This document shows, piece after piece, positions 11,151 to 24,163 of a DNA stretch of 64,000 nucleotides. The stretch is from the NCBI GenBank assembly GCA_050084515.1, contig CM114271.1:42470001-42534000 (forward strand), given 5' to 3'. Source of the DNA: Blasia pusilla (taxonomy: Eukaryota). The position numbers were made by a program, and so were the translations under genes. Within the stretch, counting starts at the first letter, position 1. Each line of letters opens with the position of its first letter. The notes beneath the pieces are model-generated. The model was not told the origin of the DNA. It did no database searches and was given only the letters and a program-made list of their open reading frames with translations.

Positions 11151-14012
11151 AGCAAGGAAGCACGGCAGAAATTTGTATAGTCGCACGTTTCTCAGATTTA
11201 GAATGAATGACAAAATGATAGCAACATTTGTGCGAAGGCCGGCTTGCATTTAATTGAACCACTGCACCCTCTTGGGATTTAGATCTTGTCTCCAAATTTT
11301 GAAAGGCTGTCGTTATCACAGGAGTTCATGATTTCCTCCTGATTCGGTGCATTTCCGGCTGAGGGTTTCGTCATTTGTCTCTGATGTCGGGAGTCGATTG
11401 TTTCTCGTTAGCCTCAAAAGCTGACGCAAGCTATGGTCGCTGATGAATCTGTTTTTTGGCGCAGGAAGAGTGAATTGAAAGGGAGCTACTTTGATAACTT
11501 CTGGGACCTGTAGAAAGGTATGTGCTGGTCATCCGTCACGATCGCTTACTCATACCCGCTTGTGCGTCATTGTTTCCTTCAAATTCAGCTGGGTTACCAG
11601 CAGCAAGGTTTCGCGGTGGTAAAGGAGTAGCATCCCGCCGTTGGAGCCTGCATTAGCTGCACATCTTGGAAATTATAGTTGCCACCAAGGGTGTTCTAAA
11701 CTAAAGTAACAAACACAAGTACTGAGCTTACTGGACAGTTCGCACCCGAATTCCTCTTGAAGCGAATTACAGAGAAATAATCTCTTCTGGGTCCGGTTTT
11801 GAGTTCTCGTGCAGGCCGAGAAGTCAATCAAGCGTGCTCAGCTGGCTTTGTGGAACGCAGGGCAGTAGATGGGCTTATCAGGATCACGATGCGGCCAGTG
11901 AATCGTTAAGGGAACTTAAGTCAGAGACGACAACATCCTAAGACAATGGGATTGGCCGCGTCTTGTCAAGGTGGCAGTATATCACAATTTTAAGGTACGT
12001 TTTTCGCGGAACTCGCGCTTTTAGCTCTCACAAATCAGAACCCGGTACCGGTCTAGGATCCAGGGTTATTCCCGCAATTACGAACTTGCACTACTTCCGA
12101 AGAGATATTCATTATCCGAGCAGTTCCCAACAAGTCGGTGTTAAACAGGAAAATTTTGTTTGCTTGGCCTTTCCAGCAAGTGCACAAGTATTTGTCTCAC
12201 TAACGATTGTGGGCAAACTAAAGGCAAATTTGTCAGTTAGGACAACTCATGCTTGGAATGCAATAAGGGGTTGCAAAGACGAGATAGTGTGGTGAAGTGT
12301 ACACGGCCTTATCGGGCTTGAACTGTTCCTGGAAGATTGATCTGTGTGGCTCAGCTCGAGAATCTCTGAGCTTAAGTGTCTGGATAACTTGTACATAAAA
12401 TTTGGGCGCTCTCTCGCATGTTTGGTCTCGGCAGCCGTGCCATACTCGTGGGATTGGAAGTTGGCCAGTGTGGTAGATGGTTGCAGAGTGTTATTCGGTG
12501 TCATGGCTCTGTAACTTTGACCTCTTTGCATCTCTGTGGACCATTTATTTCACACTCTCTCTTGTCATGATGTAGAAGATGGTCGAGTCTTGGGCTCAGC
12601 CATTCTCAGATCATTGTCCTCCGTGATGATTGTGAGATAATCAATTATGAGTAGCGTTTGAGACAGTGTCTTTTGAGCAGACTTTCTTAAATCTTCCTCC
12701 ATTAATTCTCTGCAAACTACACTCATACATAAGTAAATGATGTGAAAGTTGGTAATTCTGGTAACTGGATAAGTCTGGATTTACTGGTGAAAGAACTTAA
12801 GCCACACATCAAAGACCGATTTTTTACCGTTGTCGTCCTGTTGGACATAGATGAAAAGGATAACTTTTCTACTGGTGCAGGTCTCATTTGTGGATTACTG
12901 GGTTTTGTCTCTTCCAGGCATCAAAACTTTACTGCCTTGGGACAATTCAATCCCCTGTTTATACCCATGAAATCAACCCATGAAGAAAAAAATTGTCCTT
13001 ATGGCGATGCATAGTTTTATCGGAAAGAGCTAGCAATTCCAAATATTCTGGCGGGGTACACATGCATGATATCCCATATGCATGATACCCTAAACCCATG
13101 CAAAACTCCTCTTTGGGTATCTCAGAGGGTCTGTTGGACCTTAACAACTTAGGGTTGGAGGTAATAAGCAAGCTGAATGTCTGGATCAGGTAATGTTTCC
13201 ACCTATAGATGTCGGGGGCCTAGAATTTCTTTTCTAAACGCTGCAGTAACGAAGCCCTTGAACATGTAGTTGTGTTACGGGTATGAGTTCTTTGGTGACA
13301 GGAAGAGGAGATTGATACAGCATGCGAGTGGATTTGCAACGTCGGAAGAGCTTTCATCCATGACTCCCTCAACATTACGACTTCTTAATGAGAACTAATT
13401 GCAGAGGTTTCTGTGCAGTTGTAAGAGACTAAACGACCTTCCGAATCGAGCCGTGTACTGGGCTGCTTCATAGACCTCTCCCCGGGCATAATTCAACTTC
13501 CAAGAGACAACCAGTATCGGGAAGCCACTCAACAATCACAATTCGAAAGCCACTGTTATACCCAGAACAATATGAAGTTCACCGTTGACCTGATGCAGTT
13601 GCGTTACCAAAGTACCAATACGGATAGGCTGCTAAATAGTTGATGCCTACCAAATAGGTCTAACGACAATCTCTACTATCTGGGGAGAATCAATCTACGC
13701 CGTTGGTAAAAATGGAAGAGTTCTTCTTATCAAATTACAGGGGATAGTCAGTTATGAGGGCTGTGGGGTTAATCTAGTTCCAGTTAGTGCCTAGAATCTG
13801 TGTACTCGATGCCTTTTGACCCTTTTCCACACACTCAGATGAAAAGGGCGTGTGGATATGGGCGAAATTTCTGCTGCTTAGAACGAAACAGGATGGTTCA
13901 GTTTTTACTCATGCACAAACCAGCAGGCCAAGTCTAAAAGAATGCACCGATTCTGGAGGTCAAAAACCGGTGGATTCGCTGAGCTGGGTTGTTTGCAGCG
14001 CTAATGGGGGTA

Positions 14013-14330
14013 GGAGAGAGACTGTACTCATTAAGTAGTGCCTGCGACCATAGACCCCGCGCCCTGGTTGGACGGTGCTTGAGACTGGGATGGGTGTAGA
14101 GAGAGAAGCAAGTGAAGAAGGAGTGTCAACCAAGAAACTCTTCACCACACCTTCTACTTTACCTGATTGGGATCCCCAATAGGCATTACTTACCAGTGCA
14201 GCAGCTTTGGGCAATGAATCAAGGCTACTGAATGGGAGTAGGAGAGAGAGAGACTGTACTCATTAAGTAGTGGCTGTTTTAGCCTTGCGACCATAGACCC
14301 CGCGTCCTGGTTGGACGGAGAGAGAGAGAA
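14013..14330 (-). mobile_element. Two tandem 5'-truncated LINE 3' ends (same family as 38.8-40.3 kb)
   Basis: AGAGAGACTGTACTCATTAAGTAGTG...CGACCATAGACCCCGCG.CCTGGTTGGACGG occurs at ~14015 and ~14245 and recurs at ~38808 and ~40053. ORF 13960..14214 (PKAAALVSNAYWGSQSGKVEGVVKSFLV) matches the LINE ORF2 C-terminus at ~39.0 kb. Confidence 0.8.
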
Positions 14331-16189
14331 AAAGTAGCGATGAGCGCAACAACATTACTGAATCAACTGACTCTCAAACAGTAGTACCCGATCAAGATTA
14401 GGAATTTCCTTGAGGAGATTCTTAAAGACTGCTGTCACCCCGATTCCTGTGTAGTGACATGGAGGGACCACACTCTTATCCCTACTGACTACTTACTACT
14501 TACTCAAGACAAAATTGCCATCAAACTTCACAATTCCTACTAGTCAACTACCAGAAATTATATCCAAGGCTCATCGAGAATCCCACAAGTTTTTCCCAAG
14601 CAAACCCAGAAGCCAAGTTTCGAATCAGAATTGAAGCCCTTTATCCACGATTGGCACTTGAACGTGTGCTTCAGATATGGGAACTCCGTAGCTGCATCAT
14701 GGCTTATCTAGACAGTCAAAACACTACTTAGTGCCGTGACGGAGTCTGTCATGCACGGTCCTCTCTTGTGAATACGCCCAGAGCCTACCCGTATTTGAAC
14801 GTTTAGGAACACGTGTCGTGTTCCGGAGGTGTCATCTTATATAGAGTCATAGAGGAAACCCCTCCCAAATTATAATATAGATTTCTGCTCCAAGCACTTG
14901 CGAGGCAATAGAAGATAAAAATTTAAATAGTGAATGATAGGCCCGGCTAGTATCAGCGAGGCCATTATTGTTTATTTATTTGCAAACAACTCTCTTTAGG
15001 ACACATGCTAATTGATAGAAAATTAAGAAAATATTTTATGAAAAAAAAATAAAAAAATCGTGTGTCTCAAAAGTAGTTTTTCATGAGCTATTTGGACACT
15101 TTAGGAGTTTCGTTTCTTTTCCATCGTACGATACGAAAAAAAAATCGTGTTTTGAAATGGAGATATCTCAACAACTTCCACGGGACTGAATTTGATACGC
15201 CCTATACACTAAGAACATTCGTCGCATGTTCTTTGTCTATAGGTCGCGCCACGACAAAATCTTCAAACTGCTCATATCCACTTGTCCCGTCTTGTGCTGT
15301 GTGAGCGAGGTCTAAAAGAACTGGGTTTTGTGGACTGGAAACCGACGACGTCACTGGTGGAAGGATGGAACCGGCATCCGAAGGTTCAACACGTAAAGGG
15401 CCGGTCGAAAAGGCGAAGTGGACTCCCGCCGGTGAGTCCACTAACCGGCAGGTGCGGCCTGCAAGACTCCTACGCAAATTCGTCGGCATGCGTTACTAAG
15501 GCTTCTGTCCGGTAAAACGCGGGATAGCGCAACTGTCCTTAGATCTGAGACGTTGAAAACCGGATTTGATGGGTGATCGTGAAGATTGTCGCGCGTGGGG
15601 GAACAAGCGATGAGGGACACGTCCCCGAGAAATGCCAGACTCCAGGGACCCGGATGCCGGAAATATCTCCCAGAGTTCAGGATATTCGAGAGAGTACGGC
15701 ATTTGAGATGATAAAGCAATGAGCAGATGACACGCAAGCTTGACCCTCCGACCCCTCGAAGAACTAGTCGTGCGCAACGGCCAGACCCTCCGTGGGCTCC
15801 TGGCATCTGCATCATTCCTCCCCGAAAGTACTCCCTTCTGTTCAAGTTAGTGTAAAACAATAATGTTAATTATTTCTTTTCGTTTTGGTATTTTTTTTAG
15901 TGAAGAAATTTTTTTTTATTTTGAGATCATATTTCTTTTCATATTTTTTTGTGAAGAATGTTTTTTTAATTTTGAGATCATCTGTCTTTTCACACTTTTT
16001 TTAATCAGTATAATTTTTTTAATTAATTGTGCATTTAGGAGGAGAAATTACAAATTATATTTCGGTGTATTATATGGGTTCCAACTAATTTCTTATTGTT
16101 TCATACCTATCCTGGATAATGCCTTTGGTATTTTAGGGACTTGAGTTTGAGGATTTTTTTAATTTGTTCTAGATTAGTTCGGATATAGA

Positions 16190-17100
16190 TCTCTCCTACT
16201 TAAATATGTGTCTTGGGGAAGACAAGGACTCCATTGCCCTAAAGTTTTCTTAGAGATCCCATGTATATGAGGCTAGGGCTGTTCTCTCAATTTCTTCTCC
16301 TTGGTTATTATTTAAACTCTAGGCTCCAATATTCTTTTATGCATGCCTCGTTTGAAATTGTTTTAGATGCACTATATGTTAATCTTCTTGGGAGATTTCC
16401 AAGATTCCTTGGCTCCTTGTTTCAACATTATATATCGCACAAATTACCTTTAACACATCAATGGGATTATGTTTGGGCCTTCCTCAACTATCTATGGTTG
16501 GTTCAACATATCGTGAGTGTCGTCTGAGTTTGGAGTCTCTTCTTGTGCATTTGGCACGATTTCTAGTTGAGAGAGGAAAGCCAATCGGGATATTGTGTGG
16601 TATACCATTTTAAAGATTTCTCACAAGGGTGTCTTTCATGTATGTGTAGAGCAAGTAGAACTACTCCTTGTGGGATTCCTTCATTTGATCGGATCTATAC
16701 ACAAAGCATGATACTAATGTAATGTTGGTCAATATCATAGTTGTAGATCCTACGTGAGACTCTACCATGTGGGCACAGATGATTGCAACATGAAGTTGCT
16801 ATGTGGAGCAACGGCGCCAGGGAAAAAACCTCAAATTTATGGTCATTTTCAATAAGGACATCGCTTCATCTTATTAGATGTTGAGAAATATGGGATGTTA
16901 TGAAAGAGGTTCGATGCTTTCCTTAATAAGTGTGTCCATATTCTCCACTTGAGAAATGAGTTTTCTTTAGCTAGCGTGCTCTTATATTAAAGAAAACACG
17001 TATTTTATGGCTTTAAAGTGTTTCCAAGCCAATAGGCTTCTACGAGCGGCTCAAGTTGTGCCATCGTTAGAGGCTCGTCCCAAATAACTAAGTCTAAAAT
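16190..17100 (+). mobile_element. Heavily decayed 3' part of a CRE-like RLE non-LTR retrotransposon
   Basis: 16800-16920 (gcaacggcgccagggaaaaaacc...ttcatcttattagatgttgagaaatatggga...gagaggttcgat-like) resembles the reverse complement of 56810-56940, the endonuclease region of the CRE-like element. Boundaries approximate. Confidence 0.45.
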
Positions 17101-17164
17101 GCTTACATTCGTGGGGATCTTACAGGCAAGTCATGATCGCGGGTCAAAGGAGGATATGCCTTGT

Positions 17165-17800
17165 TGTAATCCATCAAATCCAAAACCTATACTAACTAAT
17201 TATAAGACTAGATTGGGCAGTGGCATCTACCTCAAGACTGGCGTTTCTTGGTCAAGATGGATGACCACCTTGAGACTAACCTTAAGACAAAAGGGCCATA
17301 GACACTCACGGAAATGGAGGACTAGGAAAGGGAGGTGAAAGACTCTTAAGCCAAGTTCCAAGTCAAGGGTGAAAAATTAAGGAAGGCAAGAATAGTTGAG
17401 ATGGGTGAGATGCCATGAGGTTAGTCGCAAAATACAAGGATGAAAAAGACAACCATGAGACGCCAAATAGAGAGAGTTAAGACAAGCTCTAGCCATGAGA
17501 CGCATAAAATATGGGTTGAGGTTCCAAGATTATTGGGGGGAAGTCAAGATAGTCTTAATCTAACTGGAGACTACCCCAAGCCATCTTAAGGATTAACTAC
17601 TGAAATGTAGTTTTATGAGATGCACACCATGTTTGGGTTCCGGGCCATAAGGCCCACAACCAAGGGCCGTTGGTGCATATTGGGAAAAGTGGGGTTCCCT
17701 CATAAAATCCCAAAATTTCTTTTAGGAAAGGACCCCTTTCTCCATATCTGCTCTAGAACTAGTCTTGGAAAAAGGGTTTAATCATGTTTCGTATTTGGGG
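17165..17800 (+). repeat. LTR-like dispersed repeat fragment; related copies at ~23620-23700 and ~54400-55144 in the opposite orientation
   Basis: 17405-17475 is the reverse complement of the CCTTTGCGTTTTG(C/T)(A/G)ACTAGTCTC-type motif at ~23665 and ~54825. Putative TGTAA starts at 17165 (+) and 55144 (-). Confidence 0.5.
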
Positions 17801-18198
17801 CATGTTTGTTACTTGAGTAAGGAACCATGCAAGACGCACCTTGAGAAATTAATCGTCAAACTCCCACTTAGGTGAATAATTGGGGAATATAGGTTGAGAC
17901 TTGAGGAAGAGACTTTGTAGGGAGACTATGTGCACCTCGAGGGACTTGGAACCAATAATTTCTTGGTGGCTTCACTAACTCAATTAAGGAATGCACTAAT
18001 ATTTAGACTTTTCAGACTCAACCCACATCTTCTACTCATATAGCTCAATTTTGGGATTGATCTTTTCGTCAGCTAGCAAGAAGAAGTAGAGGTTCAACTC
18101 AATGAAAAGGCCCTCTTTATTAAATTCATGTGTCTTTAGCTATCATTAATAGTTTTCCTATCATTTGTGAGGTCAGATTCTAAGAGTTTCACCTTTTT

Positions 18199-18242
18199 TC
18201 ATCACGCCTAGTTAGGTATGTCATCACGCCTAGTTAGGTATG
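18199..18242. repeat. Perfect 22-bp tandem duplication
   Basis: TCATCACGCCTAGTTAGGTATG x2. Confidence 0.9.
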
Positions 18243-18566
18243 CCTTAGATATATGTTCCCAAGTCTTCTAAGTCTCCCATCCTTATAATTTCAATGGTTT
18301 TGCCCATATCTTTTTAATTAATTCACTATATTCCTACTGCTTTACTAGATACTTTTATTTTCATTATTTTCAAATTCATATCAAACCTTTATGGTTTTTG
18401 TCTTATCTTTTTGGATATTATTGTGTGTTGAATTAAGAGAAGTTAACTACTCCATCCCTAGAAGTAATTTGGGAAGGCTAAAATATTTATATGTCATAAA
18501 ACAAACGTGTGCACGAAAGAGAGAAATCATTGGATTTTGATTCAGATCTTGATTTGTAAATCAAAA

Positions 18567-18684
<118 letters not shown>

Positions 18685-19007
18685 AAAACTCACTCTCCTA
18701 ATGAGAGACTTAGGTTACTTAGAAGACAAGGAGAACCATAGCTCCACCACCTCATGCTAAGAGGTTTAACAAAGAGAGAATGAGGCCCAAGGCTCCCTTT
18801 CTTTGCATATACCCTCTTCCCTCTCCCGAGCTCTCTCCACGATAACCGGTGCTTGCAAATTTCCTCCTTGGCTCTTAAACCTGTTGTAGGCGTTGAAGGA
18901 CCACTTCCCAAATTGGAAAGTGAACTACAGTCATAATATCAACTTACTCAAAATATTAATTTTCTTAATATATATCCAAATGAGCCAAAAGAAAGGGGAA
19001 TCCTACT

Positions 19008-22000
19008 CAACGTCCGGAGAGAACCAGCAAATAGTGTAAAGTTGGTGTGTTATAATCCGAAATTGACGATGCCCAAGAAATTTAGATGGATGAGATTCCG
19101 ACTTCTTCAAGGGATATTCCGGCAACTGGATGGCCGGAAATGTGCCGCTTGCCGGTCACGTCCCCCGAATTCTTTCCGGATTGCATTTTACGAAGGTCGG
19201 AATTTTTCTGGACGATTTTCAGGTGGTCGAAATAGAAGGTGAGAACCGTTAGATTCTTATCAGGAGATCTTGGCCATCTGAGGTAGGGCAACCGCAACGT
19301 TAGGATTCACAGTGGACTCGGGAGTCGGGAGTCACGATCGTTCAGAACTTTGGGGAGAGTTAAGGCCCAGGAGAACGAGTCACCGAGGGTTGCGAGGCCG
19401 CGAGGAGTCCATTCCTCAGAATACAGACTTTGTGCTCGAGCGAATCGAGCGACTCAAGCCTGGAATGTCATTTACGTCTCCACTCTACTATGTCTCCTGA
19501 GTCCCGTGCACATTATGCTTGTCCAAACTTTGAAGTGCCGAGTTTTTTTAGAGTTTCCAGTCAATTCCTCATAGTGAGTCCCTTACGCGGCTACTGCGGC
19601 GAAGCCCCACTAGAGAGTCAAGTGCTCGCGAGTTGGCTTCTTCGGACCAGTTTAGCTAGCTTTTCTCTATTTTTTCTGCACGAGCCTCAAATTTCATTTG
19701 CGTCTGCAGTGTCTTCCGAGTCCCGTGCACACTCCTGTGTGCGAAGTGCTGTTCCAAAGTTCTAAGTCTCTTCAAAATTTTGAGTCCCTGTTCGATTCCT
19801 CACCCTAGTTCACTGACACAGCTACTACGGCGAAGCCCTGGTCGAGAGTCGAGAGGAGGCATCCTGGGGGTTTTTTGGTTGTTGTCTAGGTTTCTGCTCG
19901 AGTGCTCAAGATTCGGCGTCCCGGGGCCTTTTCTACTATTATCCTTTTTATGCCCGAGCGTTGGGGACTTGGGAGTCATATTTTGGGGCCTTTCCGGGCT
20001 GTTCTCACTTTTTCTGCCTTGAGTTTCTACACTGATTAGTGCTCGGGAGTCCGCGTACTCGGGCCAGCTCGACTCTTTTGAAATTTGGCTTTTATCTTGA
20101 GAGTCCGAGAGTGTGGAGTCTGAGACTGAGTGCCGAATCTGTAACCTTGTCACCTTGCTTGAACTACTCAGACCTCGAGTGCTCGTTCTATAGCTTGAAG
20201 CCTCGACCACCACGTCTTATGTTGCAACTTTACGTTTTTTTGGATATTGCACTCTAGAGCTTTCATGTTTACACTTTCGTGATAGGGTTTAGGGTGCTTT
20301 GTTCGACTTGCCTAAGTTTCCTCTCAGCCTTAGCTTTGCTCTACTATGGAGAGTCAAAGGCCCTATTTTTCGCTCTTGATCTTGGTTCTGGGTCTGATTT
20401 GCTCTCGGGTTTGGCAGCACAAAGTGATTTTGCTTAGAGTCTCGAGTTTTCGACTTCGGCCTTTTGCTTTGAGTCTTGGACTCTTGACTGCCACCTTTCT
20501 TTTACTGTCAAATAGTTTTGCTCTTGTCCATAAAACGAGGCCTTGTGCCCTGCTCTCGTTTAGACCGAAACCTTTGTTAACCATTCATTGTCTCATACAT
20601 GGCTAAGAGACAGCGAACCATGAGCGAGATGTTGACCAAAGACGTTAGCCAAGACTTTCAAGAGAACTCAAGCCGGTCAGGGTCCTCATATGGGAGGGAA
20701 GTTGAGAATTTTGGTACTCCTTCCAGTAGTCTAATTGAGAAGAATCAACTGGCTTGGAAGGATGTCTAGTATAGCTTATTTGACTGGATAGAGTTTCATG
20801 CAAAATCTGGTAGAATATTTTGTAAGGTTTGTAGACAAGGAAAGGGTAAGAATTTCTTTGCAAGGTATGGTGCCATAAACTGTAAGGTTTCAGGCTTTAC
20901 AGATCATGGCAAATCCATTGAGCATATGAAACTTTCTTGGGATGCTAACATAGGAAACAGGTCGATGGCCAAGGCCATTGCCACTAATAATCGGACTTGT
21001 GACCAAGCCTTGTTAACATTGTTCAAGTGTGCATACTTCATTGCTAAGGAATCATTGGCTTTTGCGAAATTCCTGAATCTGTGTAAGTTGTTACTTTTAG
21101 TCAATATACCAATTACCCGAGATTTATACCAAGATAAGAAGACTTGTGTTGATATGTGTTATTATATCAGTCAGGTAGTGCATAGAAGGATACTTTTAAA
21201 AGTTCAAAAATCTCCTTTCTTTGGGATCATGATTGATGAGTCCACTGATATTTCAGTAACGGGCCATCTCGTTGTATTTGCAACTTACTTATTAGAAGGG
21301 CAGGTTGAGAATTCGTTCTTAGGATTGTTGCAATGTCCATAGAAGTGTTCAAATGCCATTACTAACAATCTTTTGGAGTTGATCAAGGACTCGAGACTAG
21401 AGAGTTCAAAGATGGTGGCTTTTGGATCAGACGGAGCCTCAACTATGGTAGGTAGTCAGAATGGAGTAGCATCTCAGTTGAAGTTGAAGGCAAACCCTTT
21501 TTTGCTCTCTGTTCATTGTGTTGCACATAGGACCAATCTTGCTTCTTTGACAGCAGCCAAAGGACCAGGTTGTAAAGATGTATCTATAGAGATTTATTCC
21601 ATCTTGAATTGTGTAGCTGGATATTTTAGAAGGTTCTCAAAGAGGAAGTGTGCTCTTGCAACTTTGCAAGAGAAGTTGAATGACTCTCAGAAGGTCATGA
21701 AGAGATATCATAAAATTCGTTGGTTGTCTCGATGGCAAGCCGTGACTACTTTGTGTAACTCCCTGGAATCTATCCTAGCCTATTTTAGGGATATTCCCCG
21801 TTGTGAAGACGATGGTAATGCTACTAACATGTACAATAAGTTGAGATCATTTGAAATGATCTATCAATTGTACTTTTTGGCAGACATATTGTTTATCCTT
21901 GCTAATTTGAGTAAGGTTTTCCAATACAAATTTGTAGATATCAGTACTATTGGTAGTATTGTGAATTTTGAGATTGCCTCTATTATAATAAACTTTGTAA

Positions 22001-23319
22001 TGGAGAATCATGACTTTAATGCTTCTACATTCTCTGAAGAAAGAGGTTTTCATCTCTTACATGATTTTGGATCCCCTGGTGGATACTTGAAACGATTGCA
22101 ATATGAGATTAGGGGTAGAAAGTTCCATAGCATTGAAATGTTGAGAGATCGTACGGGAAAGGATTTACATGCTGCTCTAACTTTCCAGAAGAACTTTGCT
22201 GAGAATGTATGTGTACCCTTACATGATAGATTTAGGGACAATAGTTTGATAAGTGCAATGAAAATTATGAATCCTCTTCATATGCCCTCAAGGTTAGTAG
22301 GATTGAATAGTTGGGGTTGCAAGGAAGTGGATGATCTTTGCGCACAATTTGGAAGGGAAACGCCTTTGAGGGTTCACTTGCAACCACTTCTTATGAATTC
22401 AGCAAGTGTGAAGTCAGAGTTTCAATCATTTAAGCTCATGGCCACCACAGAATGGAAAGATATAAACTTTCGAGATTTTTGGGCAATAGTTAGTTGGAGC
22501 CCAACCAATCGATTGACGACTAAGAATTTAGATGTTGTTCTCAAGATAGCTTTAGAGGGTAAGATACTTGATTATGAGGATTTGTTGGTAGAATCAGTAA
22601 TCCTTTGAAAAAATTCTGCTAACTTTAGATATGTGTATTCTAATCCAGAGAGATATGTGAATGGTAAGGATGATACTCCAATAGAGGTTGCAAATATAGA
22701 GGATTCTCCAAGTACACCAATTTCAAATGTTTAGTCGGTGGGAAGAGAGAGATATGAGAGGTCCCTTTTATAATACATTAAAGATTTGTTCTAAATCTTC
22801 AATGTATTATGAAGGGGTAGGATCCGTGGCTCCCGGTTGGGTGGAGTCCTCGCTAGGTTCAATTCTGCCAAGGATGTTAAATGTGGGTTATAGCAAGGGA
22901 GGAAAGAGTTTAGGGACCCAAGGAGATGGAACTGGGAATTAGAAGAATTTAACATGGAGTGAACTGCGTTTCTTACTTATGTTTATAATGCAGAAATTCA
23001 TTGAATTGAATTTCTGCTTCCTTATTTCATTTTTTTGAGCAAGAAATAGCAAAGGTGAAAATGTACACTGGGAAGAAAAAAAAAGCCGGTTGAAATTCTG
23101 GCGGCCGGAAATTTTCGGGGTTGTCTGAAAAGTTTGTGAAATCTACCGGGGAAATTTTTAAAAAATCGGATAATCACTGGAAAATAAATAAAATCTCATA
23201 AATTTTCCGCCTAAAAAAGTCGTAGCCTTTTTTTGCCGACTATCTTTTCCCAAAAACCGTTGTACTTAAAAGCTTACTGGCAACCAGCGGGTTTCCGCCA
23301 AAAAGCTCCCTGGACCTTG
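19008..23319 (+). mobile_element. hAT-superfamily DNA transposon with both termini
   Basis: Perfect 8-bp TSD ATCCTACT at 19000-19007 and 23320-23327; imperfect TIRs CAACGTCCGGAGAG / CTCCCTGGACCTTG; CCGG-rich subterminal regions; internal transposase. Confidence 0.92.
20599..22734 (+). pseudogene. hAT transposase (ZNF862/DUF4371-like with N-terminal TTF-type zinc finger), inactivated
   Basis: Single frame from ATG 20599: FDWIEF...IFCKVC...H..S..H zinc finger, FGIMIDESTDIS, FGSDGASTMVG, SVHCVAHRTNL, IRWLSR. In-frame stops at ~20767, 21340 and 22606; the segment that normally carries the CERGFS motif is missing. Confidence 0.88.
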
Positions 23320-24075
23320 ATCCTACTCTCTCAAGTTACATGAGGCCTCAACAAGTCATCTTCGATCTTTTGAGGTTGTCCTCCAAACTTCTCAAAGGTG
23401 CACTGAGAATACTCACAATCCATCCTAAAAGATGTATCTTCTCCCTAAGAAGCCTTGGATAATAACCTTTGACCATTCTCTCAATGTTTCTCTCTTAAGA
23501 CAAAGTAGAATAGTTAATCCCTTGATATGCCTTCCGAATAGTTTCTTAGCTCCCAATATCCAATATATATGGTCATACAAAAATGTGGTTAACTCATAAT
23601 TCCAAGACTCAAGTGGGTGCCCATCTTGACGTATGTCATTTAGGATCACATGGTTGGTCTTTTCATCCTTTGCGTTTTGCAACTAGTCTCATGGGGTTGT
23701 TTCCCATCCCAGTGTTGAAATCGAAATTTTACTTCTCTCAGATCTCACTTTTAACATTTTCAAAGCATAGAAAGAGAGTAGATCTCTACAAGATCTTCCA
23801 CTGAACCATGTACATGAGGGTAATCACTTACAAACCTGAAAGAGCAAATCTAAAATAGATTGCATGCAGAACTAGTCCAAAACTTCTTTTGAGAATTGGG
23901 TGCTTGGAAAAGCAACACCTTATTGTAATATACAAGACTTGAAGAGAGGTGGTTGAAATCAAGATACATGAGTATGTGGGAGATAGGTTCTTGGAGCATT
24001 CTCCACACCACTACATTCCTTCTTAGTTAATCAAGCCACAAACAGGGGTTCAAATATGTAGGAGCTAATCTTAAG

Positions 24076-24079
<4 letters not shown>

Positions 24080-24158
<79 letters not shown>
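24080..24158. repeat. (AG)n microsatellite
   Basis: About 39 AG units. Confidence 0.98.

Positions 24159-24163
<5 letters not shown>

Larger units (their letters stand above)
18700..23437 (-). repeat. Gypsy LTR-like sequence (18700-19007 plus 23328-23437) split by the hAT insertion
   Basis: The two flanks of the hAT join into one sequence colinear with 33400-33814, e.g. GCTCCACCACCTCATGCTAAGAGGTTTAACAAAGAGAGAATGAG vs GCTCCGCCGCCTCATGCCAAGAAGTTCAACAAGGAGAGAATGAG, and ATCCTAAAAGATGTA vs ATCCTAAAAGACGTAACA. Confidence 0.75.

Noticed and set aside
14433-14745. Possible solo LTR starting TGTCAC
   Set aside because: No clear CA terminus with matching TSD and no second copy in the window.
15000-16150. 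GC-rich island between AT-rich arms as a gene or MULE
   Set aside because: The ORFs are unrecognisable and I could not define TIRs or a TSD.
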